Source: Ylistrum balloti (lineage: Eukaryota). Taken from it: 64,000 bases of DNA. Shown here in pieces: positions 24,501 to 35,889 of this stretch. A model generated the notes under the pieces. That model did not search any database. It saw only the letters and a program-made list of their open reading frames with translations, and was not told the DNA's origin. How positions within the stretch are numbered: position 1 is the stretch's first letter; each line of letters starts with the position of its first letter. The position numbers were made by a program, and so were the translations under genes. The stretch spans positions 806,001 through 870,000 of the forward strand of contig NW_026782094.1 of the NCBI RefSeq assembly GCF_031769215.1, in the 5' to 3' direction.

Positions 24501-27419
24501 ATGCATCATTGTAAAACATTTAAAAATCATGAAAATAAATATTTCTAGTTGACAGTTGATCAATTAACCATTCTATTTCTGTTGTTGCTGTGCTATATAC
24601 CAGTTTATAATAGGATGTATGAAGTTGATCATTTCTGTACACTTTAAAACCCCCATATGGTGCCCCTGGCTTGATCATTATTACAACCCATTCAGTTGTA
24701 CACACGAATCCACTGAAGCAGGCAGTTCGACAATCAATGGCTGAGAAGTAACACATGTGTGCTGTGTTACAAACTACTGTGGTATATGTGCAGATGGGGT
24801 ATGTCTTGCAACCGGATATAGTAGGTATACTCTTTACTGTTTTTCTTTTTTTTTGTATTGATGTGTATATTGCATATGATAAGATTACTAGCATGTGTAT
24901 TTAAAGACGCCATTTTTGTCTGTGTATTGCAGAAGCCACGTGTTTAACATGTTTTTGGTGAGTATCCTGCCACACATATACAATATTTGTCGTCCGTTAG
25001 GTCGTTAGTTTTATGTCAGATTCCTTTCCATAGGTTTCTCTTTTTATATTATAGTGGAGTGTATACATAACGAACAATCACCTCTGACTGACAGCTAATA
25101 CACATACACTACAGCATTCAGCTAATATTAAAGTTCTCATGTACTGCACGGCATTGGGTCTTTACTGAACGTTATATTGATCAGATCCTTTATATACCTT
25201 GGACTTTGGACTCCTAATCATACATAAATCACTTTTCTGGCTACATTGTACGAAAAGTAATTTCAGTTCATATATCCCTGACAATATTTACATATACATA
25301 TACATATAAAACAAGATGACGGTTACAGAAATCGACATTATAATTCTTTGATCTGATTTCCCTCTTCCTCAAAACTCAAATTAGTTAAAGAAACTTATTT
25401 TTACTGACATTAAAATAACTTCAGTTAGATATTTTATTTCACCACGACATGGTATACACAGTAAAAGATGGCAGGTATTTTAATGGCCATGCTATGGGTC
25501 ATTGGTGTTACAAAGGTGACAGGCTGTACTTTACATCTTCTTTGTCTTCCTGTGTTATTTTTAACCTGATTATACCGGCTTATAACATAATCTTCGCATG
25601 GAAGAAGCTACGTTGATTACAGTATGTTATGAAAAAGTGTATTGCATGTCTTTCTGATAGAAATCATACTATGAAAATCTCTTACAACATATATGCTCTA
25701 ATTACACTAAAAGTGTTCAGTGTTATCACTTACTAGAGAAAAACATACCACGCTTGTCTGTGAGGTACAAACGACAAATGTTGAATATTACTACTCTGAG
25801 AAAACCAACTGTTTTGCTGAACACCTATTTAGCTAGTGTCAGTGTTAGACGGCACAGTCAGACTCGCTCAATGACATTTAGGACAAGTAGGTTATAAAAA
25901 TAAAACGTTTATAAACTAGACGTGTACAGGTTGAAATTGACTTCTGCTTGGCGTAGGTATGTCCTGATACTTATATATTTTAATGATACTTTATCAATAT
26001 CGCTATTGTCTTAGCCGTTAAAGATCACACATGATTATTTAGATACCCAGCTAAATTATACTATTCGAAATACGTTATCAAAAACAAAGCACATTATATA
26101 AGTGATTTTTCAGGAACTATTTATATCTATTTTATATAATTCTTTCAATATATTTCAACGAATTTACATCTTTGAAATGTTGAAACTAAATTGCAGATAG
26201 CTACAATCGACAAAGCTATATGATACATTAAAAAGGATGTTTCAAATATTAATAATCCGTTAGAGATAAACGTGGACATCGCACTTTGTTCTATATTTTG
26301 TCATCATATGCCAGGGTTACATAATCAAATACCGTAGCTGTGAAACTAAATCGAGGTATGGAGGCGTCCAGCAGCACCAATATTGCTAACGGAAATTATT
26401 TTTGGCTCGAAAAAATGAAAAAAAAACAACGTTTTCGCCGCATAAAAGAATGTACAGTTGTTCGGTATTTTATGCCATCCCATTAAATACTTATCAAACA
26501 CATTCTACATTATAAATTAATGATGAATTTCAACAGAACACATCGTACATTACGGCTTGTAGGTAAAGTATGAGGTATTGCTTGGCATGTCAATATCGAC
26601 TTCTTGTGTGTCTAAAGAAAGAAACATGAATAACTAATTTGGTAAATCTCGTATAAAATATGTTATAATATTAGACTATAACTTTTCAATTCTTGTAAAA
26701 CTTTATTATATTTCACAAAATAATCCTTTATACCGTTGATGGCTTATACGATTCTTGCCAAATTCAATTTGCACAGGTTTGTTATCCCTATAGAATTCTA
26801 TGGGGAGAAACTGAGCTGTATATGTACATTCGAAATGTCCTTCCTCCTGCCTTGATCTTACCAATGAGTTCCTTAACCATTAGTTCAGTTAGTAATGATG
26901 GTTTAATAATTCTTAAAAAATTAAAGATTAAATATCAGACACATGAGTGATAGCACTTTAAACAATTATAGAATAAGGTTTATCACATTTTATAAGAACG
27001 TATTACCACTATATAAATTAAACTGCACCATACAGGTGTTTGTTTTTTCTAAAACTCGTTAGTGATGATAACGGCCTATGTTGTGAATCCTAGGAAGCGA
27101 CTGAGGGAGTCCATAGAATCTTACTTCAATTCATTTTTTTTATGAACTTACTTCAAGTCAAATTAATATTATATTCACTCGTGAATGTTTTTTAATGTCA
27201 TTACTATTATGTGTCTTTTGTACAACCTTCCGAAAGTTAGTAAGACTGGCCACTGAAACATTTCAAAGAAGTGACGAAGTTTGATTGAATGGAACCAAAA
27301 ACAAGAAAACACAAACATATCAGCGTAATCATAGCTGATCTCAAATACAATCAAACCAGGGCAAAAATGTGCGTAAAAGGAAGATTAACACGATTTACAC
27401 TCCTGACTCCTGAAGTAAG

Positions 27420-28180
27420 TTCAAGGAGAATAGGATCAGGTATTCCGGAAAAGTAGGCGTTTTTGCTTGACACCCGAAATGTAAATATTTGTCAATCCGA
27501 ACAAGTTCTCAAATGAGAACAATGTATATTACAAAGGAACTATCAGGCAAGCTGGCGAGCACCAAAGGCGTTGTCTACCTTCATATTACACAAAGAAATA
27601 AAATATTTCTCATTAAGAACACCGTAAAACCTCCCAATAATATCCCTCAACCTGCATCTTTTGAAATGTTTGTCCATAAAATGGCGACTTCTTGCACTAA
27701 AATTGTGATAATGGGAACAGGTCCTTGAATTACATCAATTGCGACATGTAAAAATCATAGCTTGAAGATCCGGGGATATTGCTATTCAGAAAAGGACAAT
27801 TCAAAACAGAAGTATGAAAACAAAACATGTCAGCCAAAAGAGGGGCACAGTTACTTCCCGAAGGTATTTCAATAACCTGTTGGAAGATCATGCCACCAAA
27901 CTCGACGATGCTGATATCCAAATACTCGATCATTTGTAAGAATTCATACAAAGATTAATTGTTATCTGATATGGCCATATGTGTCACGAAATACGCTCCA
28001 GTATAGTTGACATATATAAGGTAGTTCAGCCGTTCACCTTTCTTAAAGAAAAGAAACCCAATCATAACTCCAGAATGAAGGCGTTCGTTTAGTGTCGCAT
28101 GTTGGAGGTTGAAAAAAAAGTTCTTGGAGTCAGTAAGCTATGGAGTATTTCATATCTATGTTATATTTAAGCGTGTGTAC
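27420..28180 (-). mobile_element. Penelope-like retroelement RT remnant with internal deletion
   Basis: Minus frames read FFKKGERLNYLI..YFVTH..MIEYL, FGGMIFQQVIEIPSGSNCAPLLADMF and NCPFLNSNIPGSSSYDFYMSQL. These match the PLE RT motifs QQxxGIPMGxNCAPLLADLF and NFPFLxSNIP...YISQL. Confidence 0.85.
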
Positions 28181-28556
28181 TCACTAACCATACTTTACCT
28201 TCCTACGTTGTTTTACAGCATACTATTTAGGACCTTTACCGCTTCTATTATGTAACATAGCTGAATGGAACATATTCATTCTATTTCTGAGTTATCATAG
28301 CATAGACCAGGTTCCTTTTAACAACACACGTGTTGTAATCATACAATGTATATATCTGTGAATTGTCTTTGATGTTAAAACTTTAGATATCTAATTACAC
28401 TAAAATGCATAGTCAACTGTGAGCAATGCAAAAAATAAGTAGATATTCACGTGATTGCTACACCGTCTTTAACTGTCATTACAATCTTGATTATGACATT
28501 TCTGATAATTTTGGGTTCTCCTCAGTCGCCCCCTAGACTTCAAACTTTAGGAGTGT

Positions 28557-28598
28557 ATCATCATTAACGAGTCATCAAGGGACGAAACAGTGTATGAT
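28557..28598 (+). ncRNA. Degenerate minimal hammerhead-ribozyme relic
   Basis: ATCA-TTAACGA-GTC-ATCAAGG-GAC-GAAAC-AGT-GTA-TGAT is colinear with the near-intact copy at 56230-56273, with two core substitutions. Confidence 0.5.
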
Positions 28599-28968
28599 TG
28601 AGTTTGAATCGATGTTTGATTACAGTGCATTGAGCTCTGAATTTGTTTTACATTGTATTATCTATTTGTGTGTAAGTTGTACAACCATGAGATATGAGTA
28701 AGTACTTACATTTACTTTTTTGGGTATTTCGAGCTGACTGCTCACATGTCTGATAATGAGTTGCCTCGTCAAATGCAGATTCAAATGCACGATAAAAACT
28801 GCCGTTGAGTAGAAGAAGGTATATACATAGCGAGATATAGAGAGTGAAAAAACACTTGTTCTTTATTAACAGATTCACTGAAGTAAAGATTGCTCACATT
28901 ATTTCATTCAGATTTCGATGGAAGTCTCAGTGAAATAGCGGTAACAGCTTGACAGCAAGGAATAACTG

Positions 28969-31900
28969 ATGGCTGCTATGGAAAAAAAGATGGCGCCGCC
29001 ACTAGAGGGCGTGGATCAGGGCTGGGCCTGGGTAGTACTAGCCGCTTGCTTCCTGTCAAATATCATGAACGCCTACTTTACATACGCAGCTGGCGTTCTC
29101 AATGTCGCCCTTCTCACGAGATTCAAGGAGAACGTGGCCTTCACTGCCCTGGTTGGGTCTGTGTTCGCAAGTCTTTTAAGTCTCACTGGTAAGGACAAAT
29201 GCGAATTCTTACATTAAAAGAAAATATCAGAATTATTTTTCAAATTACTGTCATTCCATTAAATATTCTGTGTAGAGAAAATTACAAATGTTCCAAACTT
29301 TGAAAGCACAAAAAGGTATTTTTAAATGTAAGAATAAAAAACGAAAAAAAAACTTCCTTTCGTATTGACAAAATAATTAACGTTGAAGGTTATTTATTAT
29401 ATACACTGAACAAAATAATGTCTTGGCTTAAAATGTACGATTTTCATATCTTCAGCATGTAGTTCATTATTACCAGAAAAGAATATCAGTGAAAACTAGC
29501 AGGATTTTGGCATTTCTGGTTTTTTACCGAGTTGAAATATGGTATTTTTGGTCATTTGGTTCCAACTGAATATTCCGATGAGATTATTATATGTAACAAA
29601 TGTAGCCATTCTTATTCTTGTTATCACTTCAGGACCGATATCAAGTTTCCTAGTAAACACAACCAACTGCCGAATTACGCATCTAATAGGTTCAGTGTTG
29701 ATCTTCATCGGATTCTCAGCGAGTTACTTTGTCAATAGCCTCGACGTCCTGTTGGTCACCTACGGTATCTGTGCAGGTATGGATTATTGTAATCTTAAGT
29801 TGAAATGGAACGTCATCAATTCTTAGTCGACACATTTAGTTCATAGAAAACGTGATATTGAAGCCGAATGCTTATCTTTCGTAATATGCATTGGTCTTGT
29901 GGTTCTCACTTGATTTCGGATAATGTATGGTAATTCGATGTTTACTGGTTCGTTTTGCTCTAAATTGCGTAATGTTCTATCAGCAGATTGGGTAATTTAA
30001 GGACGGACTCTCGGTATATGTGAAAACATATGTTAAATGCATGTATTTTTAGAAGACTGTTATGTTTGCGCAAGCCTCATGGTGATAGTGCGGGACTGAA
30101 GCCGACTTTATAATGCTACCAAAATAAAGTATACTGCCTCCAGCCTCCAGCAGGACACCGCCTCGGTTACATTACACTGACAACGGGTAGACCAATGTCG
30201 TTACTCTACCATTATAATGAACGTTAGGCATACAGGAAGAACAATCATTTTCAAAGACTCAAAGACTCGTGTATGTTTCGGCCAGTGGACAGAACTTAAA
30301 ACCTCTCTCACAGGGGCGTGCGCCCAACTAATGACCACAAGTGGCAAGTGTTAAAGGAGAAACAGTGAAAAAAGAAATATCCTTTTTAGAAAAAACTGGA
30401 AATAATCAGATCACAATTTAAGTTGCCTCATACGATCATGCAATGGGGGCAACAGGAAAAAGATCTTATGTGCTACTTGTTTGGTAATCGCTTCCGCATA
30501 TCTCTTTTCTATACGGTTCTGTATTTAGTATTTAGAATTTCCTTCCTTACGGTACGAGGTTTTAAATGATTCATTATTGTGACATAAAGAGACATTCATG
30601 TAATATTTGCATACTTATTGTGTATATAATGTGTACCCGTACACTAAGTCTGCTCTTTGTAAACAAAACACTTAAACTTACGAATGCATCTATTATTCAG
30701 TGTGTATCTGATATTACTGGCTTAATAAGCAAAATACTACTTGTATTCTTATATATCTAGAAGATAAATAATCCTATCCCACACTTATTTATAAGTCATT
30801 TCTAATTTTTTTCTTAATCCACGATAGAACCGCACATTCGTGCGATAGATCTCTACAACGTGCGCATAAATGTGCGATAGCTTATTTAGTCCAATCGTGC
30901 TTAATTTCGAAAAAGATATTGAACGTGAATCTATTTAATAATCCGATTTAAAAAAAAATATTTTTAATAACCATAGCGACTATACAGCGAATGATATGAG
31001 TAGACCATGACTGAATTGGATCATCTGACCACACAGGGACATTTATACAAGGTTTATTTGTCGAATTATACGCTATTAAACATTGTCTGCTCAACCAGTC
31101 GACAATTCTATAAAAGATCCGTGACATGACTGTATACATTTTAACAAAGAACCACGTGACAGTTCTTGAGCTTGTCAACATCGCAAAACGCTTGATGCTA
31201 TGGTAAAAGATATAGATTCTAAACGCCAAGGCAAGTTATTTCTGCAACAAACATACGTATCCAATTCATCTACATTTATATGCAGTTATTTACCGACAGG
31301 ATTTGTGTGTACGTCTCATAGTTCTGACATTCTTGATATCAATGACATTTTTAATTGCAGGCTGTGGAACCGGTTTAGTAGCAGCGTCCATTTTGATTAA
31401 GTTGGGTTACTCGTTTGACCGTTACCAGGGTATCGCGGTCGGAGTAGCAGTGGCAGGAAGTGGGATGGGGATGTTCCTCAGCGGACCATTGACTCAATTC
31501 CTGCTCGACACATACGGACTCAACGGCGCCTTCCTATTCTTAGGAGGACTCAGTAGTCAAGGTTTTGTTTTTGCGATGGTTATGCGGCCCTGTGGTAGAG
31601 AACTGTTAGAAAAGGCGAAACGAAAAGAGGCTAACACTGGTGGATTTTTTAGTTCATTTGATTTCAGTATTATCAGAAACAAGACGTTTATGATAGTACT
31701 TTTCTCTAATGTACTGTGGAATGTTTCCTATGCTATACTTTTAATACATCTGACTAACTTCGCAGTCACAGAGGGATCAACTCCTGCAGAGGGGGCGTGG
31801 CTAATCACAATGATTGGAGTGGGCAGTATATTTAACAGAATCCTTACCGGACTATCTCTCGGGAAAAAAAACGGTCTGGATCCGTTATTGTTGCAGTTCG

Positions 31901-33557
31901 GATTCCTAGGTTTATCGGGACTTATCACCATAATATTTCCATTGTTTTCAGAGACTTATAAAGGGCAGTGTGTTTTCGCTGTTATATTTGGTTTTTATAG
32001 CGGAGGTATGATCACGCTAATTACGCCGCTTGTGGTCCATCTGGCAGGTGTATCACAGGTGGCTGCTGGAGTCGGCGGGATGTACTTATCGTCAGGAATA
32101 GGAGGGATTCTAGGTCCCCCACTGGCTGGTACGTATAGTAGCTTAACGTGGGATCGTATGATTTCATAGCCTTCGTATACTTTAACATATGTCTTATCAG
32201 GCTGTGAGAATATTCTTGCATGTTTATATTACTTTGTCTCCGTTAAATATTGAAAATTTGTCATAGAATAAAAACAAATGATATTTTACTATATCACATC
32301 CTCTCTAATTGTACGGTGTAGTTATTTTTGTTAATATATATTGATTATTTAAAACCCAGCTATGCTTATTATGATATAATTTGTTTTCAATTACGTCACT
32401 ATATATCAAGGGTTTCTTTCTAATAATCGGAATATCTATTATTACAAAAATATAATTGAAGTTTAGAGACTATCAAACATATCCCAATAATGTATTATAT
32501 GTTTATCTGGACTTAACATCAGTCAACAGCAATCTTCAGTGACAGCAAATCGCAGTATTTGTAATTTTTTTGTATAATATTTGGGATTTCATAAGATATA
32601 ATTTCTGAATCCTGGATACAAGGTCGGGTTTTTCCTCTCTGTACATGATTCAATAAATAATTTGTGAAAATTGAACAATTATTTAAACATAAAATATATA
32701 TTCTGGACCCCAGTGAAGACATCAGAATGAATAGTTTGGAATTTATTTGAAAGTTTTCTTTATATTGGAACGTGATCAATTACTTGGAGGTGCGAAAACC
32801 TATGTGTAAAAAACATTTGAAGAACAGACTGTCGAACGGCTAATTGGAAAAACAAGTTCATTCTTTTTTCTTTCTTTTTTTTTTCTTTTCATTTCCTCGT
32901 AAAAATGATAATTAGTAGAAGAAGAGCCCCATTAAAAAACCAGCAGTCTTGTTGGCGTTATATTTCATTTTCAATGAAATCAATATCTGATATAGAAATT
33001 CTTTCCTCAGATAATTTATTTTGAGGGTTAAATCACTCGTTTTGGAAAAATCGTTTTATCAATCCAAAGATGTTTACTAAGTTTTAACGATAAACATATT
33101 TTAACACATTGTTGTGTCATTGCTTTAATTCCTTATTATTATTCTAAAACTTGTTTATCAGTTTTATTTTTCGTTTTTTTTTATTCCAGGAGCCATATAT
33201 GATGCATGGGGGACGTATGAGTATACGTTTTATCTCTCTGGTATGTAAGAGTTATTTCCCTTCCTTTGTATGTACTGCACGTTTCAGAGTAATTTAACAC
33301 TCTCAGACATAAATTCACTTTATAAGTCTTTAAACATGAGTTGTTGAATAAAGATTTGTTTATAAAATAGAGGTATTTTAAATGGAATATAACCGTAGTG
33401 TTGGCCATCCTCCTATTTCTGTTTGGACCTGTTTTTGTGATCATAGAAAATATGTTGATACATTTGGAGAAAAAAAATAACGGTTTGGTTATTGGCCGAG
33501 TTATACAAAAGTTATATGGCCTGTTTGTCAGTTAGTTGTTGAAATATATATATATAT

Positions 33558-33588
<31 letters not shown>

Positions 33589-34012
33589 TTTTTCAAATCG
33601 TTCAATAGAGCTTAAGATTTTAATTTGATAAAAGTACAGCAGACTGTTTCTAAATTGTCAATATGGGTCTTGTTTGTTTCCAGGTGCTTTGTTTTTAGTC
33701 GGTGCTTTCTTTATATTGATATCATCAATATGGCGGGATGAACTTGAACCGGAAGTGGAACACCTTGATATTAAAGAAAGTAACATTCTTGGTGGATCCG
33801 CCATGTTCCTGACAGGTTCAATGAGCCACCTAGCGGAAGGATCCTCACCAAGTAGTGCACGACGAGCCATGAAACTTTCCAAACATTCCCTCCTTATAGA
33901 CGATGTTCTACGGGCGTCACATTCATCTGTACACAGGAGCCACTTAAATAAAGAAGAGGTTGACGAAGGGGAACACCAACCACTGAACCAACTTACTGTT
34001 CCGGATCAATAA
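28969..34012 (+). CDS. Monocarboxylate transporter family (SLC16/MCT, MFS) protein, paralogue 1, 503 aa
   Basis: Exons 28969-29188, 29633-29776, 31361-32128, 33190-33240, 33684-34012 (1512 nt; all introns GT-AG, phase 1). SLC16 motifs: DQGWAWVV (TM1), GYSFDRYQGIAVG, MRP after TM6, GILGPPLAGAIYD. Confidence 0.92.
30110..30340 (-). mobile_element. tRNA-derived SINE remnant (invertebrate core-domain type) in MCT paralogue 1 intron 2
   Basis: GGTTACATTACACTGACAACGGGTAGACCAATG resembles the reverse strand of a common molluscan SINE central domain (GGTCACATTATACTGACACCGGGCCGACCAGT). Recognised from memory, not searched. Confidence 0.5.
30540..30900 (-). repeat. Dispersed inverted copy of the ~500-bp repeat unit at 6128-7215
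   Basis: CCTATCCCAC (30773) is the reverse complement of GTGGGATAGG; CCGTACACTAAG (30637) is the reverse complement of 6909-6920; ATAGCTTATT (30877) matches ~6163. Confidence 0.8.
33544..33592. repeat. (TA)n(TTTA)n simple repeat
   Basis: Read directly. Confidence 0.95.
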
Positions 34013-34699
34013 TTCAGATCTATATTTTTTAAGCATTCTTTGCAAGATCAGACTTCTAATGTCAGCTCAATATACTCATGCAACACGATTGTTTTCTCTA
34101 CGAAAAATGAATAATTGAAAAATTTTTTTGATGATTTCTATCAACTATTTATTTTTCACAATCTTGTTGCGTCAGTTCAAGATTTGAAAACGTCCTTTTC
34201 ATGGATCTAACCCCCCCACCCCCCAATCAAACTTAGTGCCACTGGATATCACCATTTATTCGTTGTATGCATTTAGTTACCTGTACATCACCATCAAATC
34301 AATTACGTCCTCATTTTCGGTATCAATGCCTACAGGTCAATGAGGTATTGATGCTTTGAAGTGATGGCATATTCTTTCATAAGACTGTGTAAGCCATGTC
34401 ACATGTTTAAAATCTTTATTCATTCCAGGTACCAAAATATGTACATATGGATTTTAATATGTAACATGTTATGTGTTATTTAAATCAGTTTTGTTGATTT
34501 ATAATGAAAACGAAAAACATTCGTATTTCCTGATAGTTTCCTTAGTTATTTTTCAATATTCTTTTCAAAATGTTGTGTAATGAAATACTGTGATGCCATT
34601 TCTGTTTGTAACTCAACACCAAGGTTCGGTATTCAAGAATAGTTCTTTTAATCTTAAACACAGTCTATCCACCTTTATCATAAAACAAGAAGAAAATAT

Positions 34700-35030
34700 C
34701 GTGGTCAATCCAAGTGGTGTCCCATTTTCATTTAAGAGCAATAATTACAACAACTGAACCGACATGCAAACTAACGAACACCAGACACGACCAGTTTTAT
34801 ATCGCACAAATAAGTAAAACATTTCTCGATGAAATCACTAAGAAAACCGTAATACTGCCCTATATGTTCATCAACCCGCATCTCCTGAAACCCTATATGT
34901 GACAGTTGATAGCTTTCTCGAAAATCAGATACTGGGAACAGACCCTTGAATATCGAACCATGTTGATTTCTTTGTGGCAAAGTGGAGTCTGTCGTGTTCT
35001 TGATTTCCAATATTCATGTGAAGATAATAT
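34700..35030 (-). mobile_element. Penelope-like RT remnant
   Basis: Minus frames read LEIKNTTDST (PLE ELEIKDTTD) and VRYSRVCSQY (LIRYARACS). CAACCCGCATCTCCTGAAACCC resembles 17745 and 27650. Confidence 0.7.
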
Positions 35031-35656
35031 ATTCTGATGAAGTGAATTCAGTCTAGGAGCATCATACCATTATGGTTTTTTTTTTTATTCTTCATTAGGG
35101 TGGACTGTTTTACACATTCAAATTATGTAAGCTAATGATTCATTGTTTAATTTCTATGTTTCCAAACTCTCATCTATATTTTCGTTCTTTGTATCTATGT
35201 CACATCTGTAATGAATTTAGATTTAAATAACAATGAAGCAAATTGGCGAGTCTTTCGTAGACAAAATAAGCAGTTATGACAAGATTATGATAATAGATAA
35301 CCAAACATTAAGTCAAACTGATATAATTGTGAACGATCGCAATTTAAGCAAGTACTCAGGTACTGAATCTGTGTTGAGAATATTTAATGCTAAGTAAGAC
35401 AAGAATAAACGTTTAGTATACAGTAGTATTATCTCGGTTCAGGAAACATGAAATACAAAGGGATGTTTTATATATATATACATAGGATTGTATTTTTGAG
35501 GTGCTTTTGAGGCTAAAGCAAACATCTCCCTGACCTATTTGTAGAAGGCAGCTAATAATATCTTTGCGGGGAAGTGTGAAAGGCTAAGTTTTAAGTAAGA
35601 TTTTAATACAATTGAATATCAGTAGGTATAATTCGCAGAAAAGTTGCAGACAATAT

Positions 35657-35889
35657 CACGGAGCCCATTTATTCACATGCTTCATACGTATTTTATTTCG
35701 GTTTTGTTTTCGAAATGATAATTTGTTTTTCCGAAATGACAATTCGATTTTTCGAATTCTAAATTCGTTTTATATTTCGTTAAAACTAAATATTTCAAAA
35801 TAACGAAATTATATTTCGTTAACACGAACAGATATTTCGAAAAAACGAAATAAAATACGTATAAAGCATGTTAGTAAACGAGCTCCGTA
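35657..35889. mobile_element. Palindromic MITE (~230 bp) with ~55-bp terminal inverted repeats
   Basis: Left arm CACGGAGCCCATTTATTCACATGCTTCATACGTATTTTATTTCG versus reverse complement of the right arm TACGGAGCTCGTTTACTAACATGCTTTATACGTATTTTATTTCG. Possible TA TSD (left copy read as CA). Confidence 0.85.

Noticed and set aside
24742-24744. In-frame TGA as selenocysteine
   Set aside because: I saw no SECIS hairpin and the gene itself is unproven; a nonsense mutation or chance is simpler.
25468-25570. Signal-peptide-like MAGILMAMLWVIGVTKVTG
   Set aside because: Weak splice signals, an early stop and no partner exon.
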